Source: Octopus vulgaris
Taxonomy: Eukaryota
NCBI GenBank assembly: GCA_951406725.2
Contig: OX597817.1
Location: 95,170,001 to 95,234,000 of the forward strand
Length of the DNA stretch: 64,000 bases
Reading direction: 5' to 3'
Positions 1 to 13,800 of the stretch are shown one piece after another (position 1 is the stretch's first letter; each line of letters starts with the position of its first letter). Position numbers and translations under genes: made by a program. The notes beneath the pieces were generated by a model. It was not told the DNA's origin. It was given only the letters and a program-made list of their open reading frames with translations, and did no database searches.

Positions 1-1219
1 AGAAGCCACTGCAGACGACCCGTCTCTACAGACACTCGTCGCATATACAAGAACAGAATGGCCCCCAAAAGACAAAATACCAATAAACATCAAACCATTC
101 GTATCCGTTCGTGATGAAATATCAATCGTCAATGGTCTCGTTCTAAAAGGTTCAAGAATAATTATACCTAAGTCATTACGTAGAGAAGCTCTACAGGAAA
201 TACATACCGGACACATGGGTATCGAAAAATGCATAGAGAGAGCGAAGGAATGTATATACTGACCCGGCATTAACGCTCAAATCAAAGACATGATTAACAC
301 ATGCTCATACTGCATTGACTACAAAAATCAACAAGCAGCCGAACCACTAATAAATCATGAAATACCTACTACACCATGGACCAAAGTGGGTACAGACGTA
401 TTTCACCTGTCTGGAAATTCGTATGTCACAATTATTGACTATACAACAAGATTTTTTGATCTACACGAAATAAATGATTGCCAGTCAAAAACCGTAATCA
501 AAAAATTAAAAGAAACTTTTGCTAAATTCGGAATTCCGCAAACAGTTGTAAGTGACAACGGTCCAGAATTCAATTCGGCTGAATTCAAAAAATTTGCAAA
601 AAATTGGCATTTTCATCACACGAAGACAAGCCCGCATTATCATCAAGCGAATGGCATGGTTGAGAGAAATATACAGACAATAAAAAAGACGCTAAAAAAG
701 GCATTCAAAAGTGGCGAAGAACCTCAGTTAGCGCTCTTAGCATTACGCACGACTAAATTACAAAATGGTGCACCATCCCCTGCAAATCAAATAATGAATA
801 GAACATTGCGAACAAATCTCCCAAACATACTACACGACAAAATTGGTATCAGGCCTCACGAAAAGAAGAAATCAAACATTACAACAGAACTCCCAGAGTT
901 AAAACCACACGACACGGTTAGAATTAAGTTTAACAACAATTGGTTTAGAAGGGGCAAAATAATTAAAAAACTAGAGCAACCTCGTTCATACTTAGTAATA
1001 ACAGAGGAAGGTAATACAGTCAAACGAAATAGACAACATATTCTTAAAACAAACGAACACGTTCGCATAACAGAAGAATTAGATTATGAAAATATATTTC
1101 CAAAGTCAACAAACACGCATGAAAAAACAAAAACAGCACAACTACAGAATTCAACACTACAAAATAATAAAACCACAAAAAGTGGACGACGAATAATTAT
1201 TCCCTGTAGATACAGATGA
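1..1219 (+). pseudogene. Ty3/Gypsy LTR retrotransposon pol 3' end (integrase: HHCC zinc finger plus rve DDE core), interrupted by a stop codon
   Basis: Reads ...HTGHMGIEKCIERAKECIY*PG... (TGA at 260-262 where W is expected), then CSYC, PWTKVGTDVF, VVSDNGPEF and NGMVER integrase motifs; followed by a polypurine tract and an LTR. Confidence 0.9.
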
Positions 1220-1240
1220 TATAAATAAAAAAAAGGAAGA

Positions 1241-1472
1241 TGTTATATAATCATCACAACAAACATGAACAATCAACGTCGCCCATTGTCTCCCTTGATA
1301 AAAGGACTTTCACTTTGTTTCCCGCCAAAACAATTAACTTGTACAACAACGGCAGTCGAATAAAGTATCTCGTATCGTTAACACGTTGTTTCAGTCTCTC
1401 TCATTTTCTTAATCTTTCATACTAAGTACTCACTACTTCCTTTAATACTCAATACATTATATATATATAACA
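1241..1472 (+). mobile_element. 3' LTR of the Gypsy element
   Basis: Purine tract AAAAAAAAGGAAGA ends at 1240, then TGTTATATA...TATATAACA terminal inverted repeat; AATAAA at about 1359. Confidence 0.8.
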
Positions 1473-1479
1473 ACAACAG

Positions 1480-2225
1480 ATACTACTCAGACATTGGGAT
1501 GGCTACATGATTAAGTTTGAGTTGATATTAGTCAGATAGGAGACAAATATTGGCGTGGATACGATTCTAAGATTGGACGTATACTACTCAAACACGAAAG
1601 AGGATACAAGTCAAATATTGGGGAGAATACGAGACAAACACTGAAGTGAGTCCTCGTTAAACATTGTTATGGATACTCGACGAACTTTGGAGTGAGTAAT
1701 GGATGAACATTGGGGTGGATTTTAGTTAAACATTTAGGTGGTTACACATCAAACATTGAGAAACTAAATATTCGTCGGGGTGAATTCTCGGTATTTATTA
1801 GAGCGGCTACTAGAGAAATATTGGCGTGGAAACAAGGCAACATTGGGTGAATAACAATTAAACTTTGGGGTTGATACCAAGTAAACGTTGGTCTGGATGC
1901 TAGTTAAATATTGGGATGAATATTAGCAAGACATTGGAGGGACTCAAATCAAACATTGCGGTGGCCAACATTACCATAGAAACTTTGAGTTGGATTCTAC
2001 TCAATCATTGAAGTAGAAACAAACTTTGGGGTGGATACTAGTCAAATGTTGATGTTAATACACGTAAAAGTTTGTTGGAAATTTAACATGCAATGTGGTG
2101 GATTCTAACTGGGGTGAATACAAATAGATCTTTTGGATAAATACTAGCCAAACATTATGGTGTAAACTAATCAAACATTTGAAAGAATACTAGACAGTGG
2201 GGTGGATACTAGTCAAACAGTTGGG
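1480..2225. repeat. Degenerate ~23-bp tandem minisatellite (consensus approx. AAACATTGGGGTGGATACTAGTC)
   Basis: Recurrent AAAC(A/T)TTGG..TGGATAC(T)AGTC motifs at about 23-bp spacing, e.g. 2021-2045, 2198-2220, 1705-1735. Confidence 0.7.
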
Positions 2226-2399
2226 TCGTTTAGATTTTTGGAACGTACTGCCTGAAAGTTTTTGATTTTGTACAAATATTTAGAAAGCAAAAAAAAAATG
2301 AAACCTAAATGTTCTCTTTTCTGGTAGTCCTCGAAGAAATTGAACATGTAAGCTATGTTGTGAGCTAGACATTCAACAAATTATGCCAGCAGTTAATTT

Positions 2400-3730
2400 G
2401 TAAAAAAAAATCCTCTTGCAGTGGCTGAAATCTTATACTCAGGAAAGTTTAATATGTTTGTAAGATCATCTTGTCTCGAAGAACAATAACGAGGCGGCTT
2501 GAAGAAACTGCAGCTGACATTGAGAGTATGCTGTCAAAAAAAAAAAAAAAAGCGAGAGAAAGAATTTTTTTTCCCTTACACTGGCTATCGACGAAAGCAC
2601 AAATATATCCCATTCAGCTCCACTGACAATTTTTGTATAGTATTGATAAATTATTTAACTTCACAGGAAAAAGTTACTTACTATTCAAGTAAGGAAAAAA
2701 AACTATTACAAGATATGACATTTATGAAGTGAAGCAAACAACAACGAAGTTGAATCTCCTACTTGTAATGCTTGTCAGTGTAGCAACAGACGGGTCCCAG
2801 CAATGATTGGGCCTACGATAGGTTTTCTATGCAAATTCAAAGATGAAGTAACTTCTTGCAATTTAGCAAATACTGATTTGCTAACGATTTACTGCATAAT
2901 TCATCAAGAAAATTTATGACAAAATTTATAAAATTCGAAGATGTTATGCATGTAGTTGTTTCGACTGTAAATATAGAGAATACAGAGCACTTAACTATCA
3001 TCAGTTTAAAGAGTTCTTAGAAATTTTGAAACGGAGTATGGCAATCTGGATTACCACTATGCAGTTTACTGGTTAAGCAATAGGAAGATGATTCAATGGT
3101 TTTATTGTCTCAGAGTAGAGATATGCACCTTCTTAGAAATGACGGGTAAGTTTTTCCCCGAGTTGGATTTCTCGTAGTCATCTCTACTCACATTTAAATG
3201 ACCTCATTTTAAAATCGACAACGGAAATTGACTTTGAATTTCATATCAAAGTTTTTGAAACAAAAGTTTGGTGAGGTTTTCCATTTCCCCACACTAGCCA
3301 CTCTTATGGATTTTGCTGTGGTGTTAAGTAAGTTGAAAATAGAACTGAACTTTGAGGGCTTCAAAACAAATGAAGCTAATTTTAGCCTTTTCGGAAATTC
3401 ATTTAATGCTATGTTGAAAAAATAGCACAAAAGGTACTACACATGAAAATTGATGAGCTAAAGAGTGATAAATTTCTTCGGCAAAAAATCTTAAGACGAT
3501 TGTTTATTGAAGTATTATGGATCACTTCCTGAAAACTACACCCAAAACATTAAAAGACCCAAGTTTGGTTGTACGTATAAAAGCAAACATTTTTCTAGAG
3601 TGAAAATAATAATGTCGAAAACTAGGTCAAGACTCACGGGTATTCATCCTAAAGATAATTTATGAATTGCAACATTGCAAATATTTGGAAAAGATGTCAA
3701 CAAGAAGTTCAAACCAAAGGCTTCACAAAA
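2400..3730 (+). pseudogene. Decayed hAT (Charlie/SPIN/GTF2IRD2-like) transposase
   Basis: Frameshifted motif remnants: LAIDEST (~2581), TDG..AMIG (~2786), CIIHQENL (~2893), WLS (~3070), FG.TY...FS...SKTRSRLT (~3565-3640). Confidence 0.7.
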
Positions 3731-4649
3731 TTTAGATTTTGAGAGTATTATACTTATTTACGTCAATAACAAATGGATAATAAATGTTTCTTGCGTATTT
3801 TATTAGGCAGTGTCTTAATCAACGCACATAGTTTAGTGACACTATTTTCCTCAATTATGTTGCTTTTTCTTTTTTACAGCATTTCCGACGTTATACTCCA
3901 ATCAACTTGTCGGTCTCGTTAATTTGTCAATATTTTGGAGTTGCTTCCCTTTATTCAGATTTTTTTTCTTCCGACCGCGTAATAAGCTTTACAACGTTAA
4001 ACTGCATGCATAACACCAAGATGTTTCTTGCACATTTTAACTTTTCGTTGATGATAACGTTTTCAGAATTTTAAACCAGTGGCACTAAGGAAGATCATAC
4101 ATGTAAATATCTTTTGCTTTAGAAACGAAAAACATTCATAATTTTCTTTTTCTCTCTTTCGAGAGTATATTTTATTTAATTTTTTTTTTCTATAGTCAAA
4201 TGTATCAGACATAAACTTTACTAATTTTTATACATATTTTTATATGTGGCCAATGATTTAATGGTGAGATTTTTCAAGATTTAGGAAAATTTTGATACAT
4301 AAATTATGAAAATATTTAATTTTTTCTTCAAGACATATATATATCTGTATGATCATGATTCTTTAGGTATTTATTTTATTCGTTTTAATTATATTGATAG
4401 TAGCAGGTGTTAATCACATTGCTACCAGTGATAATAGGTTTGTTTTGTTTTTTTTAACCATAATTTTTATAATTATAGACAAAAATATTTTGTCCAAAGA
4501 CAATCAACTTTTATCTATAGGATACCTTCAAAGTAACAAAAATTACCTTGAATCTTTTTCAGTATTGCAACTCAATACTTGAAAAAGGTTACCGATGCCA
4601 GGTATAGACTAGCCTCCAGTATGTAGCATAAAAAAATAATTTCAGTTGT

Positions 4650-4829
4650 TAGACTACGGTCGTGCTGGGGCACTGCCATGAAGAACTCGACCCCAGTACT
4701 TATTTTTTGATAAACTTGGTACTTAATACATCGGTGTCTTTTATCGAACTGCTAGGATACGGGGACGTAAACATACCAACACCTGTTGTCAAACGGTGGG
4801 AGCGGACAGACACAAAGACATACACACAC

Positions 4830-4830
<1 letters not shown>
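4650..4830 (-). mobile_element. tRNA-derived SINE fragment, same family as 57703-58821
   Basis: Shares GACCCCAG.ACTTATT and GAACTGCTA.G.TACGGGGACGTAAACA.ACCAACA with the 58-kb copies. Confidence 0.75.
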
Positions 4831-4874
<44 letters not shown>

Positions 4875-4876
<2 letters not shown>

Positions 4877-7540
4877 GATGCCCTCACCCGCGCCCGTCGC
4901 ATCGACCGCACTACCGCCCTGTCTCCTTCCCCCCGCCCACCCCCAACCGCACCCCTTCCCCCTCCTTTTCCACCCCTCTACCCTACCCCTTCGTCGCAAG
5001 ATACTACGTGCCTTCCGTCGCCTCCAGCTTGATCCCACCACCCGCCCCATTTTCCCTAACCCACCCCTGTCCTCTTTCAAACGAGCCCGCAATCTGCGTG
5101 ACCTCCTGGTCCACAGCACCCTCTCTCCTTCCCCCTCAGCCCCACACGGATCATTCCCTTGCTCTAGATCTCGCTGCAACACTTGCCCCTTCATCACCAA
5201 CACCACCGCTGTCACCGGCTCCAACCTGCATACTGTACGCATTAGGCACTCTTTTACGTGCACCTCGTCTGGCCTTATTTACTGCATTAAATGCAACCTA
5301 TGCGGGATGCTGTATGTAGGTCAGACGGGACGCCGGTTGTCCGACCGTTTCACTGAACACTTGAGGGACGTTCGCCTACACTCTTTTTCTCCCGTCGCAC
5401 GCCACTTCCGCTCGGCCGGCCATTCCCGAGATGACATCTCAGTGTTTGGTCTCGCCCCCCACAATGGTCGCCCACTTTCCAGGCTCCACTTGGAGCAACG
5501 CTACATCTTCACCCTACAAACTACCACCCCACACGGACTTAACACAGCCCCCTCTTCTTGAGATCGGTTTTTTTTTTTTTTTTTTTTTTTTCGGACACAC
5601 CACCCACACACACCCACCCACCTACCTCCCACCCACCTACCTCCCACACGCCTGTTCACACACACACATACGTAGACCCATCTACGTACATACATTCACA
5701 CATTTAATCACACACACTTACAGACACACATGCACATACACACACACATACATACACACACGCATACATACTTACACACACACACACACACACACAGACA
5801 TACATACACACATACACACACACATACATACGCACATACATACACACACACTCACACACACACACCGCACGTACATACTTCACACACACACACATGCACA
5901 CATACATGTAGGCACATACATACATACCCACACATGCACACCCGTACACTGAATGCACACACACATACACCTTTTTGCATCCAGGCAGCCCCCCTCTTTT
6001 CTGCTTTCCGGTTTTGGCTGATGGATCCTCGGTTCCCGCGTAGCGGGGCGTTCGAGGGCCTTTGCGCTCGCGCGCCTTGGCGCGCGCTGGGGGCTCGGTC
6101 GGCCCCTTTGGGCTTGCGTTGTACTGCTTGTGCGCTGTGTGCGTGAGCGCGCTTCGTGTGTGTGGGCTTGCTTCGGATGTGCGCATGCGTATGTTTGCAT
6201 ACATACCCACACACTCGCATGCATCCCTACCCACATACATACACGCACACCTACTCACACACACACACACATACCCGCACACACACACACATACATACAT
6301 ACACACACATACCCACTTCAGACATACACACACAGACATACACCCATACACTCACACTCACACGCATACACACACACACATACACACGCACACGTACACA
6401 TACACACACACACACACCTACATACATACATTACACTTGTATACACACACACTTACATTCATACACACACACACCGACACAGCCATACCCTCACTCAGAC
6501 ACACACATCTACCTACACACACACACAAACACACACTGACACACACCCATACATACATACATCTACACACTCACGCCTACACACATACATACACACATAT
6601 ATAAACACACACACATACACATACACACACATACGCACACACGCATATACTTATACACATGCACACACACACACATACATACATACACCCATATACATAC
6701 ACACACACATACCTACATACTCCTATACGCACATACATACACACAGACATACACACATACACACTCACACAAACATACACACACACATACTTACACACAC
6801 ACTCACCTGCACGCGCACACACATGCATGACAAACACCCATACACTCACACTCACATATGCACACACCAACATAAACACGCACACGCACACACACACCTA
6901 CACTCCCACACACATACACACGCACCTACATACACACACGCACGCATACACACGCATACACACATACATCACACACGTACACACACACCTACATACACAT
7001 GCATACACACACACACACAAACATGCACGGACACACCCAGACATACATACATACACCTATATACACACGCCCACACACCTACATACACACACATATACAC
7101 ACGCCCACACAGCTACATACACACACATACATACACACATACACGGACACACCCATACATACTTACATACATACACCTATACACACACGCCTACACACCT
7201 ACACACACACATGCATACACACACACATGTACGCACATACACACACATATACGCACATACATATATACCCACACACATGCACACACACACACATACGCAC
7301 ATGCATGCACGCATGCACACGCGCACACCTACACGCATACACACACACACACGCACGTACACATACATACATACACACACGCATACATACACCCATACAC
7401 ATACATGCATCCTACACACACATACATACACACTCACACATACATACACACACACGCACTCACTCACACACCTGTATGTTCGCGCACACACATGCACATA
7501 CACACACTTCCCCACACCCACACGTACATACATACACACT

Positions 7541-7573
<33 letters not shown>

Positions 7574-8548
7574 GGACATACATCTATGCACACACATATA
7601 TACACACATACTCACATACATTCATCGGACACACTGCCACCCAGACATACACACAGACACACTCACACATTCACACACACACATACGTACGCGCACACTC
7701 GCAGGCGCGCGCACACACGCGCTTGCGCCGGTTCGCGCACGCATGCGCGCCGCATGCACCTCGCCCTTGGACCCGACGAGACCTCCCGCCCGTTCCTGGG
7801 ATGTCGCTTGTCGTTGGGTTTTCCCACGCCCGTCTCCGCGAGACCACTCTTCCATCTTCCCCTCCGCTGGAGTCCTTTTCCTTAACCACCCCCTTTTTTT
7901 CGTTACACACACGCGCACACATATACACACATTGCTTAAACATATACATTACTCTTACACACATTCAATCTACTCGCCATTAATACTACCACGACACTGG
8001 ACACACACACACACTACTACTCAACACACGCTGGCACGCTACATACGCCCCCACCCCTTCCCCTCCCTCCCTTCCTCCTTCCTCCCTTTTCTTACTACTG
8101 ACCTTTGTCTGCTATGCTGACCACCGTCTCGCCCTACCTCACACGCCTACACACAGACGCACACACTAACACATACATATATTTTTTGTTTTTTTATCTC
8201 GCCTCACACACACACATACACACACGCACACGCACACACTCACACATACACACACATCTGTTGCGTTACCAACCTTGTCTCCACTCTTTTGCCTTTAAAA
8301 ACCCACTTTGCTCTTGTTATCGTAAACATCCGCCTTTCACCATGTGTAACTCCTAACACCAGTCGTTTTTTTCTCTACCTCCGTTGCCCGCTCTGGGATC
8401 TTTCTTTCCTCTCTCTTCCTTCTTTATGTTTCCGACGAAGAGCTCCGCTCGAAACGTCATACCTCCCTGCTTCCATTTCCTGAGCGCCTATTAATAATAA
8501 TACTGTAATTGTTCCATTGTTGTTGTTTTTTTGTTTCCCGTTTGGATT

Positions 8549-8555
<7 letters not shown>
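4875..8555 (+). mobile_element. 5'-truncated Penelope-like element (Neptune-like): C-terminal GIY-YIG endonuclease, long CA-rich 3' region, hammerhead-bearing tail; bounded by (TA)n
   Basis: ORF end FKRARNLRDLLVHS..CSRSRCNTC..GLIYCIKCNLCGMLYVGQTGRRLSDRFTEH..PHGLN, stop at ~5561; tail homologous to 39530-39790; (TA)n at 4833-4874 and 8554-8625. Confidence 0.85.
8428..8462 (+). ncRNA. Minimal type I hammerhead ribozyme motif (PLE type, CCGACGAA core variant)
   Basis: GTTT-CCGACGAA-GAGC(TCC)GCTC-GAAACGTC-ATAC; the homologous copy at 39625-39659 (-) has a full GTTT/AAAC stem I. Confidence 0.55.
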
Positions 8556-8632
<77 letters not shown>

Positions 8633-8634
8633 TT

Positions 8635-8871
8635 ATTTATTATATAGAAGGAGCTTCTACAGGACTAGAACTGTTTCATTCAAGAGAAATCTTCAGGAAG
8701 CTAGTTAACAAGAATTGTATTGGCATTTATACATTTAGGCAGGTTTAAAGGGGTGTTGGTGGGGGACTTTTTGGGGGTAGGCATAGCGCAAAATATCATA
8801 CTTGGGGGAGTGGTCAAGGAGTCAGTGTTAAATTAGATAGAAGAATAAATATGTATATATGTGTGAATATG

Positions 8872-8902
<31 letters not shown>

Positions 8903-9292
8903 ATTTGTATGTAGGTGTATATGTATGTGTGTGTATTTATATTTATTGGTGTATATGTATAGACTAGCCTTCTAAGAGTGTAGACATGAATCTGTAGGTA
9001 CGCGTACGTATGTGTATATACGTGAATGTATGTAGATGTATGTATGTATGAATATAACGCGTGCGTGCGTGTATGTGTATGAGTGTACGAATGAGTGAGT
9101 GTGCGTGAGTAAATGAGTGCTTGTTTTCCAGTAGACAGATAAATGGACTGGCTGTCATAGCCAAGATGTTTGTGACCAGCGATCAAAGATAACAAAAGTA
9201 ATAAATGAAGATAATAAAATTAAAATTAGGGAATGGGTCTGTATTTGTATGTGTATATATATGTGTGTATGTGTAGGTATGCATAGGTACAC

Positions 9293-9340
<48 letters not shown>

Positions 9341-9410
9341 ATGTATGTGTGTGTATATGTGTGTGTATGTGTATATATGTGTATATAGGGACTAGTGTGC
9401 TGTGTGTGCA

Positions 9411-9441
<31 letters not shown>

Positions 9442-10059
9442 ATATATTTTTCTGTGTGTATATGTATGTGTGGTCGTGTGTGTATATATACATGTGTGTA
9501 TACGTGTATGCATGTGAGTGTGTGTATGTATACATATATGTGTATGTGTAGACATGTATATGTATGTGTAAGTGTATATATATGTATATATGTGTGTGTG
9601 TACGTATGTGTGTATGTATATGTATATATGTTTGTATGTGTGTGTATATATGTATACAGATGTGCATAGGTATAAGTGAGAATCTCCTTATTTACCTAAA
9701 ACTCTATTCCCCTTTTTTTTTTTATATATATTTTTATATATTTTTTTTTATATATATATTTTTTTTTTTTTTAAATTTATTCTTCTATCTAATTTAACAC
9801 TGACTCCTTGACCACTCCCCCAAGTATGATATTTTGCGCTATGCCTACCCCCAAAAAGTCCCCCACCAACTACACCCCTTTAAACCTGCCTAAATGTATA
9901 AATGCCAATACAATTCTTGTTAACTAGCTTCCTGAAGATTTCTCTTGAATGAAACAGTTCTAGTCCTGTAGAAGCTCCTTCTATATAATAAATTAATTTT
10001 ACTCTACTATGTATTGAGTACTTTATTTACTGTGGTTAACCCCGAATCAACCCGGGACC

Positions 10060-10062
<3 letters not shown>
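8635..10062 (+). mobile_element. Non-coding fold-back PLE-type element: ~216-bp inverted arms (8635-8850 / 9775-9993) with hammerhead, TG-rich spacer, flanked by (TA)n
   Basis: Arms are near-perfect reverse complements; the tail GGTTAACCCCGA.TCAACCCGGGACCTAC recurs inverted at 55726-55760. Confidence 0.85.
9926..9976 (+). ncRNA. Type I hammerhead ribozyme motif (inverted copy at 8652-8702)
   Basis: AGCTTC-CTGAAGA-TTTC(TCTT)GAAT-GAAA-CAG(TTCTAGTC)CTG-TA-GAAGCT: 6-bp stem I, canonical core, GUA cleavage triplet. Confidence 0.8.
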
Positions 10063-10118
<56 letters not shown>

Positions 10119-10119
10119 A

Positions 10120-10708
10120 ATATTCAGTGTAGGAAGAAATGGAGCTGAACGAAGATTTAACAAAATTCCTTTTTATTATTTTCTACATATGTTTCAAAGG
10201 CTGCAAAGTCCCTAATTCGGATTGAATAAGGAGACCATTTTGCAGCCTTCTCTTCAGGAAAATCCTTGAATTATCTCAACGGACTTTTTCGTCGGCTTTC
10301 ACCCAGCCTGGCGTCAACGCATATTGAGAGACAGTTTAGTGCCATTTATACCATGGGCTCCTCGTGAGCGTTTGTCGAAAAGCTTGCTGTGCATTTTGGT
10401 GGAAAATTAAATTCCTGGATTTTCCTGAAGAGAAGGCTGCAAAATGGTCTCCTTATTCAATCCGAATTAGGGACTTTGCAGCCTTTGAAACATATGTAGA
10501 AAATAATAAAAAGGAATTTTGTTAAATCTTCGTTCAGCTCCATTTCTTCCTACACTGAATATATAAAACTTCAAATTTCCGCACTAAGGCACGGGTTTGA
10601 GACCCCATGGTCGTAACCTCAACCGTGATTTTTCTGTTGTGATTTTTGCTACCCAGGTATCGGTTATCATTTGAATAATCCGTAACAAGATAATTCATTT
10701 ATCCATTT

Positions 10709-10712
<4 letters not shown>
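10120..10712 (+). mobile_element. Non-coding fold-back PLE-type element: ~146-bp inverted arms (10120-10265 / 10417-10562) with hammerhead, flanked by (TA)n
   Basis: Arms are essentially identical reverse complements; tail motif TTGCTACCCAGGTATCGGTTATC recurs inverted at ~55989-56011. Confidence 0.85.
10419..10504 (+). ncRNA. Type I hammerhead ribozyme motif with extended stem II (inverted copy at 10178-10263)
   Basis: ATTTTC-CTGAAGA-GAAGGCTGCAAA...TTTGCAGCCTTT-GAAA-CATATG-TA-GAAAAT; palindromic stem III ACATATGT. Confidence 0.85.
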
Positions 10713-10770
<58 letters not shown>

Positions 10771-10781
10771 GTATGTATATG

Positions 10782-10815
<34 letters not shown>

Positions 10816-10830
10816 GAGAGAGAGAGAGAG

Positions 10831-13800
10831 TATTTCTTTATTCACCATAAGGTTGAGAAAAAGAGGGGACAAAACAAACGTTGGGGTCAGGGTATCGAAT
10901 GAGACGAAACGTATGAATAAACAAACAAAATATATACAATTAAATGAGAATGAGTGAATGACAAAAAATGAAGCGGAGGACGCGATTGACCCCACAAACC
11001 ACATACTCACACTGAAGACTTTGCTTTCTCCTTCTTTACATTCTCGATTAAACAGGTTCTTTCACTCGCAACATACTTGCCATATACTTCCATCTTTTAC
11101 GGAACACACTTTGCGACAGGCATTTCTTCTCCAGTCTTATTTTCCGTTTCATGTGGAAAACGAAAAAGTCGATTAGCTCGAGACTGGAGATGAACATGCC
11201 TGTTGCAATTCCTTTCACTCTCGTCTTCCATACTACCTCTTTCGCCATAGCAACTACCGAGAGAAAACAGGCTCGCTCCTCCCTATTCAGGGAGGTTGGC
11301 GGAATTATCTTAATTACAGATTCGCTCGACAGTTGTACTCTTCTCGAATGCGACAGCAGGTGTTCGACATAAGCCCAGAGTTCAGTCAGCTTGGGGCATT
11401 GCACAATCACGTGCAGGACAGTTTCACTGTCCCTCTCACATCTTGCACAAACCGGCGAAGGTGCACACCCATGTCTAAAGAGCTTATCTCGAACCGGTAA
11501 AGCTCCTCTGTAACATTGCCAGGCCAGGAACTTTTGGTAATTATCCATAGGCCCCGGACCGAATGTTCTTTGGAACAGGCTGGCCAGTTGATTTTCGTCG
11601 AAGCCCGGGGTTTCTCCCAGGACGTCGTCACACTTAAACTCTACTAACCCTCTATAGAAGAACGAGGTAGTACCCCCGCCACCGGCGTTGCCTGACTGGG
11701 AGAGAAGCACGAGTGTCTGATGGCACTCTACATGCCACACGCCCAACCTCGGTCTACACTTGATCCATGGGTTCAGTTTGGTAAACGATGTGAACTTTGG
11801 AAATAACAGCTTGACGAACGGAGACCTCACCTGCTCACCGTCCAGGTAAAGCCAGAGGTACCTAAGCCTGAACGCATGTCTGCGCATTTTTAGCCACGGC
11901 ATTCCTAACCCACCCTTCAGCGGCTTTTGGCAGCAAATAGAGCTCCTTACAAGAGGTCTGCTGCCCCTCCACAAAAAGCGAAAGAGCATGCGTTCCAGCT
12001 TGTTCAGCCACGAATCGGGGCAAGGCACGACGATCAGGTGGTAACTGATTACAGAGGCGATAAACACCTCTGCAACCTCCGCCCTCCCTTTCAAGGACAG
12101 TTTCCGCTCAGACCAGGTCTGAGTTAGGAGTGCCACCTTTCTCGCCACCTCGCTCCAATTCTTCTCTATCTGGAGATCTGGACCTAACCAGATTCCAAGC
12201 ATTTTCACCGGTCCTTCCGTCCAACGTCCTACGACGCTGTTGGAAGACATCGACTTGCCCCTGCAGGTGCCGAGTTGCAAGCCGACCGATTTATCCCGGT
12301 TGACTTTCGCTCCTGCCACCGCTTCGTAGTCCTTCAAGGCCTCACCCACCCGCTGTAGGTGCTCGACTCGGGATACGATGACGGTGATGTCGTCCGCATA
12401 CGCCGAAGCTGACTTTCCGCACCCTAGATCTTGCGGAGTGCCCCTCCTAGTTTCCAACCTCCTCAGCAACGGCTCGAGGGCCAAAACGTAGAGAAGCGGG
12501 GAGAGAGGACACCCTTGACGTACCGAACGTTCAATGCGGAACGGCTCTGAAAAGAAACCATTCACCCGAACTACCGATTCGATGTTGCTGTATAAAGCGT
12601 TAATCCATCCGCGGAGGGCCGGGCCGAAGCCAGCCGCTGTGAGAACCGCCGCCAGATACTGATGGTCCACCCTATCGAACGCTTTCGAATCCTATTTACC
12701 CTTTCTAAGGCATAGTTTAGAAAGTGGAGATTGTCGTGGATGGTCCTTCCAGGGATGGCGCAAGTTTGCGCCTCGCCAACAAGTTCACCCACGACCCGCG
12801 CCAACCTTTTTGCTAAGACCTTGGCCAAAATCTTCAACTCTGCGTTAAGCAGAGTGATAGGCCGGAAATTATCAATTAAATCCCCCTTATTTGGGTCCTT
12901 TCTTAACAGCGCTACCACCCCTCGGCTCACAGACTTAGGAATTCTCCCGTTCTGCTACCAGTTGGTGTACACGCATGCAAGCAGGTGCCCAAACAAGTCC
13001 GGCATGCTACTATAGAGTTCGTAAGGCAGACCATCGAGTCCCGGCGATTTGTCCCCGCCGCAGTCTGACAACACATCCTCGACTTCTTTGGCTGTGATCG
13101 GTGCCTCACAAGACTCCGCGTCCGGCCTCGATAAACGCGGCGAACCGGCTAGGAAGTCTGCGAGCTTCTCCCCGCGCTCCAGTCCGCCACTCCTCCCGAA
13201 TAGCTGGGCAAAATGATCGTGAAACATCTTGCACATCTCCTCGGGTTCGCTTACTAATCGACCTTTTGGGCCCGTCAAAGATCGAATGGTTGAGTTGTTG
13301 CCACGCTGGCCTTCTACCACCCGGGCCCATCCGGCTGCGTTGATCCCTTCCTGTCTCATTGCACGGATCTTAGCCCTGACAATGCACCCAACCTCGCCGC
13401 TAACACTTTCGATGCACTGCCTGACCTCATTGCCTCATTTATTGCTTTAACTAGTTCCTTTTCTACTTCGTTTCTAGCACTAGCTATTTTTTTGCTAAAC
13501 CTAATTGATGGCTCTTTTCAGGGCGTACCACCATTTGTTGTTGATAATGGATCCAGTTAACGCCCTCATTACTAATTGTTTAATCCGATTCCTGTAGGCT
13601 TCACAGTCCAATAGTGACTTGTTTAGCTTTCAGTAACCGGTACCTCGTCTACACATGCTATCTATGTCGAGCGTACAGGTCACTAATTTGTGATCGCTGT
13701 AGCTGACGATATGGTGTTGTGGACAGCTAAGTATTTTCTTATCTTTCCTTCTACTTATGATTCTATCTATGTAAGATCTAGACGACCCGTCGTTTCTTGC

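Noticed and set aside
260-262. In-frame TGA in the integrase as selenocysteine or readthrough
   Set aside because: It sits at a conserved Trp (YWPG); a TGG->TGA decay mutation is the simpler explanation.
5431-8120. Long His/Thr/Tyr- and Val/Cys-rich ORFs (up to 617 aa), also at 39974-42040 and 56064-56581
   Set aside because: Translations of CA/TG/TA simple repeats that lack stops in several frames on both strands; no domain or splice evidence.
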